Source of the DNA: Sphyrna mokarran
Taxonomy: Eukaryota
NCBI GenBank assembly: GCA_024679065.1
Contig: JAGIQG010000043.1
Coordinates: 1,922,001-1,986,000 of the forward strand
DNA length: 64,000 nucleotides
Direction: 5' to 3'
The position numbers and the translations under genes were made by a program. Below, piece after piece: positions 50,613 to 64,000 of this stretch. Under the pieces are notes generated by a model. That model had not been told where the DNA came from. It saw only the letters and a program-made list of their open reading frames with translations, and ran no database searches. The stretch's first letter is position 1. Every line of letters begins with the position of its first letter.

Positions 50613-52113
50613 CTTAATGTCTGTCAAAAGTCACGTGAATCGTTGTTCATTCATTGCCACATCGAGTTTGAAACCTTTAAAATGTGGGTAAGCACTCATG
50701 AAAGAGTACTTGGATATGATTTCCGCATTTCCTTCAGTTCCCAGCACCAAATTTCTGAAACGATATCAAACATCTGGGGAAATTCTCCATCATATCAGAG
50801 GACAGCAATGTTAAAGTGAAGAGTTTGGGGGATTCGGCGTTGAATTGTTATTGTTCTCCTTAGAGCAAAGGAGTTGAGTAAAGATATAATTAAGATGTGA
50901 AGCCTCATTGAAGTGGCGTCTGAGGAAGGGAATATTTAATCGTAAGAATCAGAATATCCAGGAGCTTATTTTTTAATATCATGATTTAGACTGAAATGGG
51001 CATTTAAGTCATGTATTAATGATATTTTCAAGATGGAAGTTCAGCTAATATGCCTGCCAGTAATAAATTAACCCAAGGACTGATTGTGTCAGTAAGCTAG
51101 CTAAAATGTAAAAATCTGCTGCAAATGAAATTTGAATTTAGGATAATTATGAAATCATGCATTGTTTAAAAGGATAAGTAATGCAATTTCGTACTGGATA
51201 AAGGGAGTCAAAGCTGGGAATTCTGCCAGATGATTGGGCCCACATCTAGCAGATTAATCAGCTTTGACTTCCAACAAAACGCTGAGCAAGTTGAAATTTT
51301 GTAATTTATTTCTCAGCAACAAAGAAGCCATTTGGTTTAAGTAGCGAAACTTCCGTTACTTGAAAGAACAAATGACAGATCAACGCTTTAAGTGTCACAA
51401 GTGTAACAACATGATGGGTTGTGATTTGGAATGATGTTGGAAATGGGGATGCAGGTTAAATTGATATTTTCATAAGGAGGAGTAGATAAATACTTGATGG
51501 GGAGGTTTCGGCTGTATCATTCCATGATTGCGTCCTGGCAATAACATTTTCCCTTTATCTGACAATTAACATGATTTGCTTTATTGGTAACAGTCTGAAT
51601 GTGGAAGAATCGCATGTTATTGGCGTCATTCAATTAATCTTAAACATCTAGGAATTGATCGGATTTATTATTGTCACATGTATTGGTTTTCAGTTAAAAG
51701 TAGTGTTTCTTCTACGCTATACAGACAAATCAGCTGTTTACAGAGTACAACGATTTGATTTATTACTGTTACATATATTGGCATTAATGAAAAGTATTGT
51801 TTCTCGCGCACTATATAGGCAAAACATACCACTCATTGAGTACAGAGGAGTGAAGAAAAGGAGAGGGCGCAGAATACAATGTTGCGGTCATAGCTGAGGT
51901 GCAGAGAAACATGAATTTATAAGATTGGCCCATTCATATCTCTGATGGCAGCAGGGAAGAAGCTGTTCTTGAATCGGTTGATATGTGATCTCACCCTTTT
52001 ATACATATTTTCCCGATAGAATGAAGTGGAAACGAGTATGTCCGGAGTGTATTGGGTGCTTGATTATGCTGGTTGCTTTTCTCGAGGAAGCAGAAAGTGT
52101 AGACGAAGTCAAT

Positions 52114-53171
52114 GGATGGGCCGAGAGGTAGCAAATGGAATTCAATACGGATAAGTGTGAGGTGATTCACTTTGGTAGGAATAACATAGAACATAGAACA
52201 TTACAGCACAGAACAGGCCCTTCGGCCTTCGATGTTGTGCCGACCAATATAAAAAGCAATGCCCCTCCAAACTAAACCATTCCCTTCTCTTCCATATACT
52301 TATCAACTAACCTCTTAAACGCCACCAAACTTGGCGCATCTACAACTGCTGCAGGCAGGGCATTCCACTCCCGAACCACCCTTTGGGTAAAGAACCTACC
52401 TCTGATATCCGTCCTATAACTATCACCCCTTAATTTAAAGCTGTGTGCATATGAAATATAGGGCTAATGGAAGGACCCTTAATAGTGTTGTCGAGCAGAG
52501 GGATCTTGGGATACAAGTACATAGCTCTTTGAAAGTTGGCACCCAGGTTGATGAAGTTGTTAAGGAGGCGTACGGTGTGTTAGCTTTTATTGGTAGAGCG
52601 ATTGAATTTAGGAGCAGTGAGGTTATGTTACAACTGTACAAAACTCTGGTGCGGCCGCACTTGGAGTATTGTGTACAGTTCTGGTCGCCGCATTATAAGA
52701 AAGATGTGGAAGCATTGGAAAGGGTGTAGAGGAGGTTTACCAGGATGTTGCTGGTATGGTGGGAATGCCTTATGAGGAAAGGCTGAGGGACCTGAGGTTA
52801 TTTTCATTAGAGAGAAGAAGGTTACGCGGTGACCTAATTGAGGCGTATAAGATGATCAAGGGATTGGATAGGGTGGGTAGTGAGAGCCTTTTTCCTGGGA
52901 TGGTGATGACCAACACGAGGGGACATAACTTTAAATTAAGAGGTGGGAGTTATAGGACGGATGTCAGAGGCAGGTTCTTTACACAGAGGGTGGTGAGAGA
53001 TTGGAATGCCCTGCCTGCAGCAGTTGTGGACTCGCCTCCTTTGGGAGCATTCAAATGTTCGGTGGATAGGCATATGGATGATATTGGAATAGTTTAGGTT
53101 AGAGGGCCACTGACCGGCGCAACATTGAGGGCCGAAGGGCCTGTACTGCGCTGTAATGTTCTATGTTCTAT
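52114..53171 (+). mobile_element. CR1 3' fragment interrupted by a nested minus-strand CR1 3' end (about 52183-52446)
   Basis: The host reading FGRNN|MHMKYRANG resumes exactly across the inserted element. Confidence 0.88.
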
Positions 53172-54719
53172 AGAAGTTGGTTTGCGTGAAGGACTGGGCT
53201 ACGTTCACAATACTTTGTTATTTCTTGCAGCCTTGGACAGAGCAGGAGCCATACAAAGCCATGCCGTATGCAAGGAACGTTAAATATATACAATGAATTT
53301 TTCACATATCACTATTAAGCAACTCAGAATGCACCTGCTCTCTGTATTTTTAAAAGCATTTATTATTTCTCTTACTGCAACATAATCTAAGCAAAAAACT
53401 TGAATATCATCATCCTTTCCGCAAGAACCAATTTGAAATTTCTCGAGTTTCTTTTCTGTTACATTGAAGCAACTCAGAAAACTCGCTGATTGTTTCGTCA
53501 CTTCCTGTGGTGGTCGTGTATCATCGTGTTCATGATCTTTGAGATATTTTATTAATTAAAAACTAGAAAAAATACTTGTTACAAGGTGTGTTTTGATGTT
53601 TAACTTGAAGCTTGGGTTTGATCCACTGTGTGAGAATTGTGTGTTTTGAAGGAAGAAATGACCTCACAGATATTGTTCCAACCGAGGCCCTGATTAAGGC
53701 ATTCCCTGCCCATATGTGTGCCCTTTGTAGACGCAGAGCTAACATGTGTTATTGTTCAGGTTACAAACGCCAACGTGTTTCATGAAAATCACCTGAATCA
53801 TAAGTTTTGCATTTTGAATTTGGCTCGGAGAAGCATGAGTTGTTTCCTTTCAGGAGAGATTCAGAATCCCACTAGACAGTTTTTACCAATCGAAGTCTAG
53901 TTAAGAATACAGTTAACATGTCAGAAAAGTAGCAAGAACTTTTGTCGATTACAAGAAAGAAACAGCCAGTATAATGTATAATTCTTAATGAACATAGATA
54001 AGGTTTCCCAATCAAAACCAAAACCTCCCTCAGACAAAACACCCTTTTCACGGGTTTAAGGGCACAGAATAATGCTCACGTGACTAATGATAATTGGATT
54101 CCCTTGATTGAAGTCGGCAGTTCTCTGGATTCACTTCCAAAAGCTTGAAGATAAGACAGATTCCCGAAACACGAAGAAAACTCGCATAACATATGCAACT
54201 TCCAGGGTGATAAAATTTGATCTATATGGGAGTTGATTTCAGGATCTGGAACGGTGCTCGATGGAGTTTAGAAGGATGAAGGGGATCACATTGATACCAA
54301 ATTCTGAAAGGTCTGGGTAGAGTGGACGTGGGGAAAATGTTCCCATTAGTAGGAGGGCCTACGATCGATGGCAGAGCCTCAGAGTAAAAAGATGACTCTT
54401 TACAACCGAGTTCAGGAGAATTTCTTCAGCCAGAGGGTGGTGGATCTATGGAATTCATTGCTACAGAAGGCTGGGGATGCCAGGCCGTTTAAGACAATGA
54501 TAGATAGCTTTTGATTGGTAAGGGATCAGAGGTTAAGAGGAAAAGGCAGCAGAATGAAGTTGTGAAACCTATCAACTATGATTGAATGGTGGATCGGACC
54601 CAATGAGCTAAATATCCTAATTCTACTCCTAAACCTGGAAATCTTGTGGTCTTTTTCACGCAGATATTTCTGTTTCCCTAATCCACTGTTTTCGCAGAAT
54701 AAAAAAAAACTAACGTTTA

Positions 54720-55305
54720 GATAAAGAAAGAGCAAGTGAGACAGAAAAGGTAAGAGAGAGAGCGCGAGAGAATCGGAGAGGGGAAGAGCTAGAAAGAGAG
54801 GGAGCCAGAGATAGAGAGACGAGGCAGAAAGAGAGACAGACTTGACAGATACAGAGAGGGGGGCCGGGGGAGACAGATAGAGAAACAGACAGAAAGAAAG
54901 ATAAAGAGACAAAGAGAGAGAGACAAATAGAGACAGAGGCGGAGAGACAGAGAGAGAGACAGAGAAAGCCAGTGAGAGAGATAGAGTGAGAGGGAGAGAA
55001 AGCAAGAGAGAATGAGACAGAGAAAGAGATAGGGTGGCAGAGGGAGAGCCAGACAGAGAGAGAGTGAGGGGGGGGGGATAAAGTGAGACAGAGAGAGAGT
55101 TTCATAGAACGAGAAAGAAAGGGATAGAGCAAAATAGAGAGTAAGACTGCAAGAGAAACAGAGAAAGCCTGTGAGAGCAACAAGGAGAGAGAAAGAAGGG
55201 AGGGGGGTGGGGGGGGGGAGAAGACAGACAGGGAGACAGACAGAGAAATAGAGTTACAGAGACAAAGAGAGAGAGAGAGAGAAAGACAGAGAAAGAGACA
55301 CACAG
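54720..55305. repeat. GA/GACA-rich low-complexity purine tract
   Basis: Direct inspection. Confidence 0.85.
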
Positions 55306-55719
55306 ATTGAGGAAACAGGCGGAAACAAAATATTCAAACATTTTTAAAAATGTCTCACAAGAAAGTTGATAGATTCTTGATAATTTGTGGGGATCTGGCT
55401 TTGAGTTTACAATTAGATCAGCAAGAACCGATTCACTGGGTGATTAGGCTCAAAGAGCTGAGACTAACTCTTTTTCTAACTTTGTGCGTTCATATCCAGC
55501 TAATGTTTGTTGAGATGTTGCTTGAGGTAGTATTATGCCCATACGTGCACCCACTGTCCAGCTGCCCTGCTAAAAGCAGCCATGGCGTACTTTAAATCCC
55601 ACGTGAAGAGACGTTGTGCTTTTGTTTTAATTGATTGGAGAATATTGACATGTGGTTGATTATGATTAGTTGCAAATAATTCACTCCTTCAGCATGAGGT
55701 TAGAGTTAGGGGAAAGAGG

Positions 55720-56510
55720 TAGAGAATCAGGTGAACTGGTGCTGTAATAATAATCTCCCCCTCAACAAAACAAAAGAAGTGTTCATTGCTTTTAGGAAAC
55801 ATAATGGAGAACAAACCCCTGTCTATACAAATGGGGATGAAGTGGAAACGGTCGAGAGGTTCAACTTTCCCGGTGTTCAGATCACCAACAATCTGTCCTA
55901 GTTCCCCCAGGCTGACCTTTTGTTAAAATGTCCCAACAACGCCTTTACTTCCCCAGGAATCTAACAAAATTTGGCATGTCAGCTACGATTCTCACCACCT
56001 TCACAGACGCACGATAGAAAGCATCCTTTCCGGATGTATCACAGCTTGGTATGGGCTCTTGCTCTGACCAAAACCGCAAGGAACTACAAACGCTTATGAA
56101 TGTAGTCCATTCCAATCTTGTAACCCAGCCTCCTATCCATCAACTCTGCCTATACTTCCCTTTGCCTCGGGATAAACAACCAGCCTAATTAAAAGCCACC
56201 CGGTCCTCGGATATTCCCTCTTGCACCTTCTTCCATCAGGGGAAAGATAAAAACGTCTGAGGTCATGTACCAACCGATTGAAAAACAGCTTGTGCCTTGC
56301 TGCCATCAGAATTTGAATGAAACAACCTCGCATTAAGTTGATCTTTCTATTTGCCCTAGCTATGAGTGAAACACCACATTCTGCACTCCGTCCTTTCATT
56401 CTCCCCTACATATTCTATGAACATTATGGTTTTCTGTAGAGCGCGCATGAAGCAATATGTTTCACTGTATCCAATACATGTGAGAATAATAACTGAAATC
56501 AAATCAAAAA
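55720..56510 (+). mobile_element. Rex1/Babar-clade LINE 3' portion, decayed
   Basis: WC..NNL...NKTKE, VYTNGDEVETVERF and QQRLYF-like segments, with an (AAATC)n tail. Confidence 0.7.
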
Positions 56511-56820
56511 GTTCATTTATACAAAGTATAAACTAGAGCTAGGTTAATTGTGCTAACCATGCAGAGATACCAGACAGAGAGAAGATGACCCAAATCTTCA
56601 AGGAAGTGCCTAGGGCAGAAAGTAATGGATGGGCTGGCATCCCATGTCCTTCTGATGCTCTACACATACCAGCTTTTCTCTCGGGTAACTGAGTACTAGA
56701 TAACGGGGGACTGGAAAACATGGTGGAAATTCACTTTTTGCAAAGATTACGTGCAATGGTTAAGCACTGCAAAATTCAGCGCTAAGTTTATTTTGTCTCA
56801 GAGTTTCCTGTTTACACCGT

Positions 56821-56963
56821 AGTTTGACTCAGTCTAAAGCACGCAGTTGAGCATAAACTATGAGGTGTTTCTCTGTCCATGCTGAGATGTAACCCACAAC
56901 AGTTCGCAAGGAGGAAAACCTCACAGCTTATGCTTAATTGCGTGCTTCAGACTGAGTCAAACT
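56821..56963. repeat. Imperfect inverted repeat with ~53-bp arms and ~37-nt loop
   Basis: AGTTTGACTCAGTCTAAAGCACGCAGTTGAGCATAAAC... versus ...GCTTATGCTTAATTGCGTGCTTCAGACTGAGTCAAACT. Confidence 0.85.
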
Positions 56964-57344
56964 GTGGCAGAAAGGCAACATTCAACATTGATTTCAACAT
57001 TGCTCATAAGTAGGCTTACAGTCACACTGCAATGAAGTTACTGTGCAAATCCCCATGCCGGCATATTCCGACACCCGTTCAGGTACACTGAGGAAGAATT
57101 TAGCACGGGCAATTCGTCTAAAAACAAAATACTCCTTTTGGACTCTGGCAGGAAATCGGAGAACCCTGAGGGAACTCATGCAAACATGGGGGAACATGCA
57201 GACTTCACACAAACAGTGACCCAAGCCGGGAATTGAAGCTGGGTCACTGACGCCATGAGTCAGCTGTGCTAAACATTGTGCCCCTCCCCCCGCCCCCACC
57301 GCCCTTTGTTGGGCAGCTTGAATAAGTTGCTGAAATCAACAGTG

Positions 57345-58210
57345 CATAGAACATAGAATAGAACATAGAACATTACAGCGCAGAACAGGCCCTTCGGTCT
57401 TCGATGTTGCGCTGACCAATTATGAAAAAAGGGATGACCTTCCAAACTAAACCATTCCCTTCTCTTCCGTAAACTTATCAATAACCTCTTAAACGCCACC
57501 AAACTTGGTGTATCTACAACTGCCACAGGCAGGGCATTCCACTCCTTAACCACCCTCTGGGTAAAGAACCTACCTCTGATATCCGTCCTATAACTATCAC
57601 CCCTTAATTTAAAGCCATGTCCCCTCGTGCTAGCTTTCTCCATCCTAGGAAAAAGGCTATCACTGTCCACCCTATCTAAACCTCTAATCATCTTATATGT
57701 TTCGATAAGGTCTCCTCTTAGCCGCCTCCTTTCTAACGAAAACAACCTCAAATCCCTCAGCCTCTCTTCATAAGACCTGCCCTCCATACCAGGCAACATC
57801 CTGGTAAACCTCCTCTGTACCCTCTCCAATGCCTCCACATCTTTCTTATAATCTGGGGACCAGAACTGCACACAATACTCCAAGTGCGGCCGCACTAGAG
57901 TTTTGTACAGTTGCAACATGACGTTGCGGCTCCGAAATTCAATCCCCATACCAATAAAAGCTAAGAGTAGGTATGCCTTCTTAACAACCTTATCGACTTG
58001 ATTGCCTACTTTCAGGGATCTATGCACATATACACCAAGATCCCTCTGTTCATCAACACTATGAAGAGTCCTACCATTAGCCCTATACTCTACACATTTG
58101 TTAGTCCTGCCAAAGTGAATTACCTCACACTTTTCCACATTAAACTCCATTTGCCGCCTCTCGGCCCAGCTCTGCAACTTGTCCAAGTCTCTCTGCAAAC
58201 TATAACACCT
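57345..58210 (-). mobile_element. 5'-truncated CR1 LINE (young subfamily)
   Basis: ORF 57269-58198 and a (TTCTATG)n tail. Confidence 0.92.
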
Positions 58211-58969
58211 CTACACAACAGTGTTATTTGTTGTGTCATTTATCTGAGCACAGCATGCTAATACCGAGTGTTGCATTGAATTAATTCCGAATATCTTCAT
58301 TGATTCTCTTTCCAACCAGAAGGTATTAAAATGAAGATAACGAGAAGAGGAGTGAATGTTTTAGTTCACGTTTATTGTTGCATCCAGTTCCTATTGCCCT
58401 TTCTATACCCCTATTCTTTTTTCAATCGTTTGGAGCACGGATAATTTATTTTAGGCTGATACTTATCCTTCACACTAAACTCCACATTGGGTGGGGAGGG
58501 AGAGATGATGGCTGAGTGGTATTTCCACTAGCGTATTATTCAGCTAGTATTCTGGGGTTCCAAGTTCAAAGCTCATCGCGGCAGATGGTGGAAGAAAAAA
58601 ATACCTGGAATGAAGAATCTACGGATTACCGTAGCAGTAACGGATTCTTATTGAATGGCGGGGCATCTCATTGAATGGCGGGGCAGGCTTGAAGGGCTAG
58701 ATGGCCTTCTCCTGTTTCTATTTCTTATGGTCTTGTGTTCCAAGTCAAATTTAGGACTGATGTTAGGAGCCTATAACAAAAGAAGTGATTGACATTGGTA
58801 TTGAGAATGGTCCTCTGGGCAGAACGAATTGGGGGATGGTTGAGCAAAATCCCTGCATTCCTCAAGAAACAATTATCCTAGCGGATAAGGAGTTTAAATC
58901 CTCGTAGGATGGATAACCTGTCTTGAGCACAAGACATTTTCCCAACCCTTCCCTTCCCTTCAAAAGCAG

Positions 58970-59522
58970 AGAAGTATCATTCAGAACTTTGGTGAGGCCA
59001 CAGCTGGAGTACTGTGTGCTGTTCTGGTCGCCATATTATAGGAAGGACGTGATTGCAGTGGAGGGGTGCAGAGGAGAGTCACCAGTATGCTGCCTGGGTT
59101 TGAACATTGAAGTTATGGAGAAAAGTTGGTAGGCTTAGGTCGTTTTCGTTGGAGCAGAGAAGATTAAGGGGCAAACTGATTGAGATATGCAAGATTATGA
59201 TGCTCAGGAACAGGGTGGATAAGAAGCAACTGTTCCCCTTTCTCGAAGGTGTCTCACGAGGAGACATAGGTTCAAGGTGAGGGGCAGAAGGTTTGGGGAG
59301 GGGGTGTGAGAAAAAATATTTTACCTAGAGGGTGGGATGCGCTGGCTCAGAGGATGGTAGATGTGTGTTGCCTCAAATCCTTCACAGGTACCTGCATAAG
59401 CAAGTGGCATGTCATAACATCAACGGTATGGACCACATTTTGGTAGATGGGATTATTGGGAGTTCAGGTCACGGTGCAGACTCTAAGGGCTGAAGAGCTT
59501 CTTCTGCACTCTATGATTCTAT
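58970..59522 (+). mobile_element. Older CR1 3' fragment
   Basis: [22 protein letters not shown] motif with frameshifts. Confidence 0.75.
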
Positions 59523-60242
59523 AATTCTGTGTAATGTAGCAAGTGGCTCCACAAACTTCTTGCAAATTCTTTGCCGAATGATTTATTGAATCAGTGTAAA
59601 GCTATGTTAATTTTAAAATCCTTTGACGTATTTATATCAGGAATTGTCCAATGTTCTATATTACTTCAGAAACTAGCAATTGCCATGCATCCAAAATAAT
59701 CGTTCAACATTCCAGATTCTTAATTGTTATCATATTCAAAATATCACAGAAATAAGTCGCACCATATTACTGAGAAATCATCTGAAATTTACTCACTCAT
59801 TTGCCTAATCTTCTAACGTTACTGAAGAATCGACGTTTGCAAAGTTCACCAGTAAACCTCTTGCAGTTAAAGCAAGTTATCCTTCAAGATGTATGGATTT
59901 CATTCATTCATTCGTGGGACATGGACAGCATTTATTGTCCATCCCTAGTTGCAATTGGAGGACAGGTAATAATCAATCACATTGCAGTCGCTCGAAGTCA
60001 GAAGTCGGCCAGACCGAGTAAGGAAGCAGATATCAGTGAACCAGGCATTATTTTTGTTTTGACAATCGCCAATGGTAGTCCGTAGATTCTTAATTGCAGA
60101 GTTTTTTAATTTATTTATTTAATCCAAATTTCACCACCTGCCATGGTGGGATACGAACCGTGCTCCCCATTAGCTAACTTTCCGGATTATAAGTCTAGCG
60201 ATAACACCACTAGGCCATCGCCTCGGCATCCAATGTGATTAG

Positions 60243-62120
60243 CCAGGAAGGAGGTAAAAAGTGAATTGAGGAGAGCTAAGAGGGGACACGAGAAGATGTT
60301 GGCTGATAGGATTAAGGAGAATCCTAAAGCTTTCTTTCGATATGTTAAGAATAGAAGATTGGTTAGGGCAAGATTAGGGCCAGTCATAGACAGCAGTGGG
60401 AAGTTGTGCGTGGAGCCTGAAGAGATTGGTGAGGCACTGAATAAATATTTCTCTTCGGTATTCACGCAGAGTGCTGGAAATGTAGCTATGGAGATCACTG
60501 AGGTACAGGGTTGCAAATTGGGAAGTATTGTAGTAGATAGGGAGGATGTGTTAGAAATTCTCGAGGGTTTGAAGTTGGATAAGTCCCCTGGGCCGGACGG
60601 GATTTACCCTAGGATTCTCTGGGAGGCAAGAGAGGAGACTGCAGAGCCTCTGGCTCTGATCTTCAGGTCCTCGTTGGTTACGGGTGTGGTTCCGGAGGAC
60701 TGGAGGATAGCGAATGTGGTCCCATTGTTTAAGAAGGGGAAGAGAGACCTTCCAGGGAATTATAGGCCAGTGAGTCTTACTTCTGTTGTGGGCAAGGTAT
60801 TGGAGAGAATTATTAGGGATAGGATTTATAGTTATTTAGAGAGAAATGAATTGATTGGGGATAGTCAGCATGGTTTCGTGAAGGGTAGGTCATGCCTTAC
60901 TAACCTCATTGAGTTTTTTGAGAAAGTGACCAGAGAGATGGATGGGGGTAAGGCGGTTGATGTAGTATATATGGACTTTAGTAAGGCGTTTGATAAGGTG
61001 GCCCATGGAAGACTTCTACAGAAAATGCAGATGTGTGGAATAGAGGGTGATTTAGCTAATTGGATTAGAAATTGGCTGGCAGATAGAAGACAGAGGGTGG
61101 TGGTTGATGGGAGATATTCATCGTGGAGTTCGGTGACGAGTGGTGTGCCTCAGGGGTCTGTTTTGGGGCCCCTGCTGTTTGTAATTTTTATAAATGATCT
61201 GGATGAGGGTATTGAGGGATGGATCAGTAAATTTGCAGATGATACTAAAGTTGGTGGTGTGGTAGATAGTGAAGAGGGGTGTTTTAGTTTACAGAGTGAC
61301 TTGGACAAGTTGCAGAGCTGGGCCGAGAGGTGGCAAATGGAGTTTAATGTGGAAAAGTGTGAGGTAATGCACTTTGGCAGGAACAATAAATGTGTAGAGT
61401 ATAGGGCTAATGGTAGGGCTCTTAATAGTGTTGAGGAACAGAAGGATCTTGGTGTATGTGTCAATAGATCCCTGAAAGTAGGCAGTCAAGTGGATAAAGT
61501 TGTTAAGAAGGCATATGGAGTCTTAGCTTTTATTGGTAGGGGGATTGAATTTAGGAGCCGCAGCATCATGTTGCAACTGTACAAAACTCTAGTGCGGCCG
61601 CACTTGGAGTATTGTGTGCAGTTCTGGTCGCCACATTATAAGAAAGATGTGGAGGCATTGGAGAGGGTACAGAGGAGGTTTACCAGGATGTTGCCTGGTA
61701 TGGAGGGCAGGTCCTATGAAGAGAGGTTGAAGGATTTGAGGTTGTTTTCGTTAGAAAGGAGGCGGCTAAGAGGGGATCTTATTGAAGCATATAAGATGAT
61801 TAGAGGTTTAGATAGGGTGGACAGTGATAGCCTTTTTCCTAGGATGGAGAAAGCTAGCACGAGGGGACACAGCTTTAAATTAAGGGGTATGAGTTATAGG
61901 ACGGATATCAGAGGTAGGTTCTTTACTCAAAGAGTGATTAGGGAGTGGAATGCCCTGCCTGCAGCTGTTGTAGATGCGCCAAGTTTGGTGGCGTTTAAGA
62001 GGTTAATTGATAAGTATATGGAAGAGAAGGGAATGGTTTAGTTTGGAGGGGCATTGCTTTTTATTTTGGTCGGCACAACATCGAAGGCCGAAGGGCCTGT
62101 TCTGTGCTGTAATGTTCTAT
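60243..62120 (+). mobile_element. 5'-truncated young CR1 LINE with an uninterrupted RT domain (591 aa to natural stop)
   Basis: KSPGPDG, NYRPVSL, QHGF, DFSKAFD, GVPQGSVLGP and FADD motifs. The endonuclease domain is absent. Confidence 0.95.
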
Positions 62121-63104
62121 AAAAAAATCACCATTAAAAAGTGGTGTGGTAGAAGAGGAATAATTCTCAAGGGGCATTGGGGAAAAAAAACGAGAGTTTA
62201 GATTAAATTTACGATTCAAACAAATGTCACTGGCTTGACGGGCTGAATGGCCTATTTCTGTGCTGAAATTTGACATAGTTCTAAGCTTCGAGTCTATATA
62301 ATCCATTTACCCGCGTTATGAGACGGGAAATAGATAGTATTCTTTCAGGGTTAAATATAACAGTGTCCAATACCAGGGCGCATCCAGTTAAGACTCGGGG
62401 CACATTTAATCTTGCAGATTACATATCCATACAGCCTAAATCCCAATAACTTTGTGATATGCGTTGTCAGTCCTTAATCCCATCTCCAACGCACACATAA
62501 TCACTCTAAAAATGTTTCTGTAAATTAGCTGAAGAGCCACCGGAAACATATTTGTTCTAAAGACTTTTAGAAACTGGAATCACACAGCTTACGTTTGGTA
62601 TTCAAAACATTTTTCAATATTTAGTTAACTCGAGCAAAGATACATTTTGAATTATTTCTTGCACAATTACAGTGGAAAATCCAGAAGAGAATTTTAAAAA
62701 CCGATATCAGAAATTAGAAGCACGAAGAGGTGAAAATGCACTACAGGCGATATTCCGTCATAGAATGGTGGACATGAAAAAATATTCATTTTTCCGCTTT
62801 GGGCGTCATCATAATATCGAGCCGCCCGACTTTGCACTGGCTGCACTTTCGAAAGTTACCGTGCAACAGGAAGAATGTTTCTACAACACTAGACATCTAA
62901 GAAGCACTGGCGAGTTCTCTCTCTCTCTCTTTTCTCTCTCGTTAGAGGGTTGGATCCTCGTTAAAGGCCAGGCTTGTCCCATAGCGTCTGTGGATGAAAA
63001 ATGAACTGCTTGTGTAATCCACACCATTATTATAAGGGTAGGTGAGGCCATGGGACCTCTCTATTCTATTCAATCGGTTCATGGCTGCCAGGTAGTTCAA
63101 GTCA

Positions 63105-63133
63105 CGCACACACACACACACGCGCGCACACAC

Positions 63134-63169
<36 letters not shown>

Positions 63170-63170
63170 C
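63105..63170. repeat. (CA)n microsatellite
   Basis: Direct inspection. Confidence 0.9.
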
Positions 63171-64000
63171 AACATTGAATAATCCTTAATCTATTCCCTA
63201 ACATATATTCATTCGTCTCAGTTTTGAAATGTAGAATTGCCCAATGGCCTGTATAACTTATTACTGACCTGAATTTAGTCTTGCGGTGTGTCTGAAGAAA
63301 TATGTGATTTCATTTGATTTATTATTGTCATATGCATTAGTATGCATTCAAAAGGATTTTTTTTTTGCCCTGAATACAGATAAAGTATACCCTGTGTGGA
63401 GAATGAAAGGGGAGGATGCAAATTTTGTGTTATAGTCATAGCTAGGGTGCAGAAAAAGATCAATTTAATACGAGGCAGGTCAATTCTAATGTCGGATGGC
63501 AGCAGGGAAGAACCTGCTTTTCAGTCGGTTGGTGAATGACCTCAGATTTATATATCTTTTTTTTTCCCGAAGGAAAAAAGTTGGAAAAGAGAATGCCCAG
63601 GATGGTTGGGGTCCCTGATTATTCTCGTTCTATTTTTTATTTAGAAGCATAGACGATAGCAGCAGAAGGAGATCATTTGGCCTTCGAGTCTGCTGTACCA
63701 CTCATTAAGATCGTGGCTGATTATCCAGCCTAATAGCCTAATCTTGCTTTTTCCCGATAACCTTCGTCCCCAGTTGTTATATCCAGCCATCCCTTCGGTG
63801 CATTCAATCTTTTGGCATCAACTACTTCCTGTGTTAATGAATTCTACAGGTTCACCATTCTTTGGGTGAAGAAATGTCGACTCACTTCAGTCCTAAATGG
63901 TCTACTCAGAAACCTCAAAATGTGACCCACTGCTTCTGGACACCGTCCACCATCGGGAATATCCTCCCTGTATCTATTCTGTTTAGTTCTGTTAGATTGT

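Noticed and set aside
50226-55341. Long His/Thr-rich and Leu/Ser-rich ORFs
   Set aside because: They are translations of CA and GA/TC simple repeats.
60266-62041. Autonomous active LINE or domesticated RT gene
   Set aside because: It is 5'-truncated without endonuclease, ORF1 or promoter. The open frame reflects recent insertion.
62672-63175. ORFs of 110 and 77 aa near the window end
   Set aside because: No Ig or other motif and no convincing splice-site pair.

Overview
Vertebrate genomic DNA, most likely a cartilaginous fish (inferred from dense CR1-clade LINEs and HE1-type tRNA-derived SINEs sharing CR1 3' tails, plus Rex1/Babar-type fragments). Most ORFs in the track are retroelement fragments or chance ORFs. 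Between the repeats is an immunoglobulin-superfamily receptor locus. One apparently intact 8-exon gene lies on the minus strand (41210-29261, about 335 aa): leader, germline-joined VJ-type domain, C1-set domain, Cys-containing stalk with TM, and a tail carrying YASL. This is a non-rearranging antigen-receptor-like (VJ-C1) molecule. Around it are pieces of paralogs: (1) a second TM/tail cassette at 8908-7118 that has gained a TM Arg and a frameshift stop right after the TM; (2) an inverted paralogous promoter and leader with ATG>ATA at 12790-13086; (3) a different TM/cytoplasmic exon pair at 24288-23989; (4) a broken V exon at 2164-2030. Shared non-coding flanks show a roughly 20-kb-scale tandem duplication followed by deletion or inversion. 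All gene models come from manual reading of splice sites and frames; no expression or database evidence was available. Three N gaps (13674-13850, 49703-49840, 49873-50020) limit certainty.
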